Source: a virus
Reading direction: 5' to 3' (one strand)
DNA length: 61,019 nucleotides
IMG/VR virus record: IMGVR_UViG_3300027908_000027
Span: 1 to 61,019 of that record
Shown here: positions 57,660 to 61,019 of the stretch, piece by piece
How positions within the stretch are numbered: the first letter of the stretch is position 1
Layout of the letters: each line of letters starts with the position of its first letter
Made by a program: the position numbers and the translations under genes
Notes under the pieces: generated by a model
What the model saw: the letters and a program-made list of their open reading frames with translations, nothing else
What the model was told of the DNA's origin: nothing
Databases searched by the model: none

Positions 57660-57845
57660 AGGTTTGCCACTCCACTCGAAATGCCCCGTAAACGTGCGGT
57701 GGATAAACTTGGGGGTTGTCAGTCTAAGGCGCTGATTACCCACAAACGTGGCGCTCCCCTCAGCTCCACCACCGTCCCGCATAAGTCATTGAAAACTAAA
57801 CGGAAAATGGAAAGGTTTGTCACTTTCCTGGCTTAGGTTTGCCAC
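57660..57845. repeat. Three direct copies of AGGTTTG(C/T)CAC flanking or overlapping the int 3' end (candidate arm-type sites in attP)
   Basis: aggtttgccac at 57660-57670, aggtttgtcac at 57813-57823, aggtttgccac at 57835-57845. Confidence 0.45.
57790..57828 (-). terminator. Intrinsic terminator overlapping the int stop codon
   Basis: Minus-strand GGAAAG-ugacaaac-CUUUCC (57828-57809) is followed by AUUUUCCGUUUAGUUUUC. The loop contains the int UGA. Confidence 0.55.
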
Positions 57846-58866
57846 CCATCATGCCGATCGCTGTGCGCGCCATGTTCTCCTGATCCACGTCGCGAGTGTA
57901 TCGCTCGGCCTCTGACAGCGTGCGGTGGCCAGTCACGGCCATGATCTGGCGAGCTGTCCCGCCGCCTTCTGCCACACGCCTGGCCGCCGCCTTGCGCAGT
58001 CCGTGTGGCGACTTTGCCACGCCGGACGCTCGGGCGCAGTCGATGAACCAGTTGTAGAAGGCATTCCCCGACGCGAACGGATCGCCGCGCTGGGTGATGA
58101 GGAACGTCGTGTTGCCGGTCAGGCCGCATGCCTTGATCGCAGCCAATAGCTCGGGATGCACCATCAGCAGCAGCGGCTCCTTGGTCTTTTGCTGCACCAC
58201 AGCAATCGTGTCGCCTGTAACATGCTGCGGCCCCATGCGGATCACGTCTGACCGGCGCTGGGCTGTGTAGAGCAGAAGGGCCAGTGCCAGCCGCGCACGT
58301 GTGCCGAGCGGCCATTTGGCCTCGAATGCAGCTATGTCCGCCTCAGTCCATGGCGCGAAGCCCTTCTTGTCATAGTGCACGCGGTCGATGTGCACGGTGG
58401 GGTCGTCCTCGCGCACCTCCTCCCGAATGGCGTGCGCCATCATCAGGTGCAGCACAGACAGAAGCCGATTTGCCGCGGCGGGGGTTGTGGCCTTCTGGTC
58501 GATCATGCGGGCGACATGGCGGCGCTCGATCAGCCTGGCCGGTTTGTCGCCATGGGCAGCGGTCAGGCTATCCAAGATCCGGCGATACACCGCCTTGGTG
58601 GATGCTGACAGGTTGGTGAACGACGCCGAAGCCCGCCAGGACGCCGCCAGTTCTGCGATCGTGCTGGCCTTCCCGATCGGCGCCGGAGTGGTCTCTTTGA
58701 TGCCCTGGAGCGCGGCCTGATATGCTGCCATGAACTCGCTCGAGCCTGGGGCGCCTGGTAGGGGAATGCGCTTACCGCGCCGCCGAAAGTAGAAGCGCAG
58801 CCGGCCGTGGCGATCGTAGAAGCGGTTGACGTACTGCAGGCTTAGGAGGGTCACATCTCGTCCCAA
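57820..58866 (-). CDS. int: Tyrosine integrase
   Basis: 348 aa. ALLLYTAQRRSDVIRM (Arg), SPHGLRKAAARR (H-x-x-R), MAVTGHRTLSEAERYTR (His, Tyr). Adjacent to an Xis-type gene and a non-coding stretch. Confidence 0.9.
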   Translation of the reverse strand: MGRDVTLLSLQYVNRFYDRHGRLRFYFRRRGKRIPLPGAPGSSEFMAAYQAALQGIKETTPAPIGKASTIAELAASWRASASFTNLSASTKAVYRRILDSLTAAHGDKPARLIERRHVARMIDQKATTPAAANRLLSVLHLMMAHAIREEVREDDPTVHIDRVHYDKKGFAPWTEADIAAFEAKWPLGTRARLALALLLYTAQRRSDVIRMGPQHVTGDTIAVVQQKTKEPLLLMVHPELLAAIKACGLTGNTTFLITQRGDPFASGNAFYNWFIDCARASGVAKSPHGLRKAAARRVAEGGGTARQIMAVTGHRTLSEAERYTRDVDQENMARTAIGMMGGKPKPGK

Positions 58867-59105
58867 GGGTTTCGTTCCGCCTCAGTAGGCAACGCTTCGA
58901 AGGCGGCGTCCAGCGCAACCCGATCCCATACCCGCCTGGCGCCAATGTGCTTCGGCCGTGGCATCAGGCCGACGGCGATCATCTCGTCGAACTTGGTGGT
59001 GCCCACGCCGACGTATTCAGCCGCCGCCTCGCGTCCCATGCCACGCGGCAGCGCGCCAGCCGGCAGGGCGCTGGGCCTTGGCAGAACGGCTGTGCGCTCA
59101 GGCAT
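58851..59105 (-). CDS. xis: Excisionase / AlpA-type HTH protein
   Basis: GMGREAAAEYVGVGTTKFDEMIAVGLMPRPKHIGARRVWDRVALD is an HTH_17/MerR-like excisionase pattern. Overlaps the int start. Confidence 0.7.
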   Translation of the reverse strand: MPERTAVLPRPSALPAGALPRGMGREAAAEYVGVGTTKFDEMIAVGLMPRPKHIGARRVWDRVALDAAFEALPTEAERNPWDEM

Positions 59106-59424
59106 GCGCCACTATCCATGACAAAAGCAGGGCACCAAGGCATTGATCGTGCCAGTTCAATTCCTCGTGGCAGCGCTTGCACAGCGGACGCAGATTGTGG
59201 ATCTCGTCACTCCCGCCATGGCGTTTCGGGCAAATGTGGTCGATTGTCATGTTGCGGATGGGCAGATCACAGGAACAGATGGCGCAATGTCCGCCCCATC
59301 TGTCCCACAGCGTCTCTCTCGTGCGCCGCAACCAAGCGGCTCGTTCGATACGGAGTGCCAGAAAGTATGCGTGTTGCTGCTTCCCGGTGTTCTCCCACGC
59401 TTGTTCGGAGGCTGACTCACCCAC
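59098..59424 (-). CDS. HNH endonuclease
   Basis: CAICSCDLPIRNMTIDHICPKRHGGSDEIHNLRPLCKRCHEELN. Start set at GTG (Val25 of track ORF 59098..59496). Confidence 0.8.
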   Translation of the reverse strand: MGESASEQAWENTGKQQHAYFLALRIERAAWLRRTRETLWDRWGGHCAICSCDLPIRNMTIDHICPKRHGGSDEIHNLRPLCKRCHEELNWHDQCLGALLLSWIVAHA

Positions 59425-59608
59425 CCCGCACTGCCTCCCGCTCCAGCACGGGCCGCACATCGTCATGCGTCCACAGCTCGCATGTCGTGCGCCCAACCAT
59501 ATCGAACTGGTCGCTCGCGCAATGCGGACAGCACATGCGCGATGTCTCGCAGACGACCAGATGAATGCAGGCGCGGCAGATCATGGTGGCGGTTGTATCA
59601 TTCGGCAT
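59417..59608 (-). CDS. Cys-rich small protein (63 aa)
   Basis: Met8 of track ORF 59417..59629; ICRACIHLVVCETSRMCCPHC. Confidence 0.5.
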   Translation of the reverse strand: MPNDTTATMICRACIHLVVCETSRMCCPHCASDQFDMVGRTTCELWTHDDVRPVLEREAVRGG

Positions 59609-59771
59609 CGGGTTGATCTCCAAGCGCATACTTCATTGCCGCGAGTAGGCTTCTGTATCGCATCTCCATGCTCTCCCAGCGCCTGATATCGTCTTGCGTG
59701 GCGTAACGGCACAGCTTCGTCTCGCTATCTACCACCAGCGGATGCGGCGGGATCGTCTCATTCTTTGGCAT
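59598..59771 (-). CDS. Hypothetical protein (57 aa, below the track cutoff)
   Basis: Hand translation MPKNETIPPHPLVVDSETKLCRYATQDDIRRWESMEMRYRSLLAAMKYALGDQPDAE. Overlaps both neighbours. Confidence 0.4.
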   Translation of the reverse strand: MPKNETIPPHPLVVDSETKLCRYATQDDIRRWESMEMRYRSLLAAMKYALGDQPDAE

Positions 59772-60060
59772 GGTGATTTTCCATAATGCGCTTCATGGCT
59801 ATGCTATACTGGCTACCACCACGTGTTCGCGTGAACTGATAATGCTTGCCTCCCTTGTCTATCATGAAAGCCCGCAGTTTCTTCTCACGATCGGTATCCA
59901 CATCGCAAAGTATCTCGCCCTTGTATGGCGTCATGTCGTCTGCCATCGGGGCGAACCAGGACCGCAGGACATCCTTGGATGCTTCGCTGTGGAGTGACAC
60001 GCCAGTCCAGTAGGATTTCGGCCTGCGCCGTTTGGTCGTATCGGTTTTGCTATTTGTCAC
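59758..60060 (-). CDS. Hypothetical protein (100 aa)
   Basis: Track ORF; GTG overlaps the upstream TGA. Confidence 0.55.
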   Translation of the reverse strand: MTNSKTDTTKRRRPKSYWTGVSLHSEASKDVLRSWFAPMADDMTPYKGEILCDVDTDREKKLRAFMIDKGGKHYQFTRTRGGSQYSIAMKRIMENHHAKE

Positions 60061-60236
60061 CGAAAGTCCTCCGTGACTGGCGGTAGCTTCACCCGCCCTA
60101 TGCTGATTGCCACCTTGATTGCGACGGCGCGGACAAACTCGGCATCATCTGCATCCTTCGATTGTCCCATAAGCCGGAGTGTGTCTCGCACGAACTCTTC
60201 GGTGCGAGCCAGTTTGTCGTTCCACGCAAGTGTCAT
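60057..60236 (-). CDS. Hypothetical protein (59 aa, below the track cutoff)
   Basis: Hand translation MTLAWNDKLARTEEFVRDTLRLMGQSKDADDAEFVRAVAIKVAISIGRVKLPPVTEDFR. TAAATG junction upstream and GTGA downstream. Confidence 0.45.
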   Translation of the reverse strand: MTLAWNDKLARTEEFVRDTLRLMGQSKDADDAEFVRAVAIKVAISIGRVKLPPVTEDFR

Positions 60237-60704
60237 TTAGAACGGAATTTCGTCGTCTAGATCGACTGCTGGCGCTTTTGCGCGCGTAGGGGTGCGTGCA
60301 ACCGGCTGTGACTCGGACGTTCCCGAAGCCTTGATATATCCACGGATTACATTCTTCGCCGGATAACCATCCTTGGCGGCTTGTGTGCCAATGGTGCAAC
60401 GACCGACACGATCGATCATCTCGCCTTCTTCCAGCGTGCCATTCTCGTAAGATCGCAGCAGACCACATGATGCCGCAAAGTGTCGGATCTTCCATGCCGA
60501 CTTCTCTGCATTCACCAAATAATCAAACAGCATTTTGCGATTTCCGTCGCTATCGAAAATCCATACCTCCAATGCAAACATATCATTGCCACTGGAGCTT
60601 TCTTTCTCTTCCGCAGATTTGACCTGGAAATCGTAATCACCGTCAGACCAGAGATTGGAGGATTGTTCGTCGGCTTCTTTTTCGGAAAGGGGTGTAACGC
60701 GCAT
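60237..60704 (-). CDS. Phage SSB-like protein (DUF669 type) with acidic DDEIPF tail
   Basis: C-terminus ...APAVDLDDEIPF is an SSB-type protein-interaction tip. N-terminus WSDGDYDFQVKSAEEKESSSGNDMFALEVWIFD is typical of DUF669 proteins, which accompany Sak4-like ATPases. Confidence 0.65.
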   Translation of the reverse strand: MRVTPLSEKEADEQSSNLWSDGDYDFQVKSAEEKESSSGNDMFALEVWIFDSDGNRKMLFDYLVNAEKSAWKIRHFAASCGLLRSYENGTLEEGEMIDRVGRCTIGTQAAKDGYPAKNVIRGYIKASGTSESQPVARTPTRAKAPAVDLDDEIPF

Positions 60705-60717
60705 GATGGTTCTCCTT

Positions 60718-61019
60718 TTATGCCGCCAAGCGGCCTTTCAGATGATCAATAGCCTTTGTCATTCTCTCGCTTGGCATCTCGTCCCATGATGAAACGTTGG
60801 CTGTCGCCAGCCATTTCTCGACGGTGCCTTCTTCGAGCTTTACTACCTCAAGCAATCGGTTGATTTCGGCAACCTGCTCGGGCGTGGCCAAGTCGATTGG
60901 GACGCTTGCCTCTTCCACAACATCTCGGCCATAGAGGTTTGAGAAAGCCTCATAAGACCATTCAAACGTAGATGCATGTGGGAACGGCGCAATTCGGCTT
61001 TTCCGCACGCGCCCAAATC
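60718..61019 (-). CDS. C-terminal part of the Sak4-like ATPase gene (joins 1..697 through the terminal repeat)
   Basis: Track ORF 60718..61008 is in frame with the open minus-strand frame at 1..697. Bases 60921-61019 duplicate 1-99. Confidence 0.8.
   Translation of the reverse strand, partial: FGRVRKSRIAPFPHASTFEWSYEAFSNLYGRDVVEEASVPIDLATPEQVAEINRLLEVVKLEEGTVEKWLATANVSSWDEMPSERMTKAIDHLKGRLAA
60921..61019. repeat. Right copy of exact 99-bp terminal direct repeat
   Basis: Identical to 1..99. Confidence 0.97.

Noticed and set aside
57430-57819. Search for a tRNA gene or tRNA 3'-fragment (attP core) next to int
   Set aside because: No T-arm (GTTCRANYC with a complementary 5-bp stem) or cloverleaf could be folded by eye on either strand. 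A TTCGAGT heptamer on the minus strand near 57675 lacks flanking complementarity.

Overview
The window is one complete, terminally redundant phage or prophage genome. Bases 1-99 are identical to 60921-61019, giving a unit length of 60,920 bp, and one gene reads in frame across the junction. The DNA is GC-rich with a few AT-richer islands.

The layout resembles a temperate lambdoid phage:
- A divergent XRE-type repressor and Cro-like pair sit at about 4.6-5.3 kb.
- A PL-like leftward early operon runs from 4351 to 1, wraps to 60704, and ends at 57820. It carries a Sak4-like ATPase, a DUF669-type SSB, HNH, xis and int.
- A rightward early/replication block at 5.0-10.9 kb carries GapR-like and GcrA-like regulators, a VRR-NUC nuclease and an AAA_25 ATPase.
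- An iteron-rich gap lies at 10.85-11.19 kb.
- A rightward block of about 43 kb follows. It opens with a NusG/RfaH-like gene and contains P22-like podovirus morphogenesis genes: TerL, portal, scaffold, coat, gp4-like and gp10-like proteins, fibres, three ejection proteins and a beta-helix tailspike.

The GcrA-like and GapR-like genes point to an alphaproteobacterial host.

Accessory content is unusually rich:
- Four free-standing endonuclease-type genes (GIY-YIG, two HNH, one HNH-like), two of them antisense inside the late block.
- A fossil tailspike 5' end.
- A sulfotransferase-like/GNAT fusion directly upstream of the ejection proteins.
- Three consecutive signal-peptide proteins after the tailspike, one of 1348 aa.
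- A start/stop-coupled chain encoding a metallophosphoesterase, an HExxH protein, a Zn-ribbon protein, a dNTP-pyrophosphohydrolase-like protein and a DUF4406-like protein.
- A papain-like peptidase, a secreted protein and a beta-helix lipoprotein in series.
- A PEP-CTERM-tailed protein in the early operon.
- A second divergent regulatory switch controlled by a ribbon-helix-helix protein.

I found no rRNA, tRNA, CRISPR array, DNA polymerase or recognisable small terminase. All family assignments come from motif recognition by eye; no searches were run.
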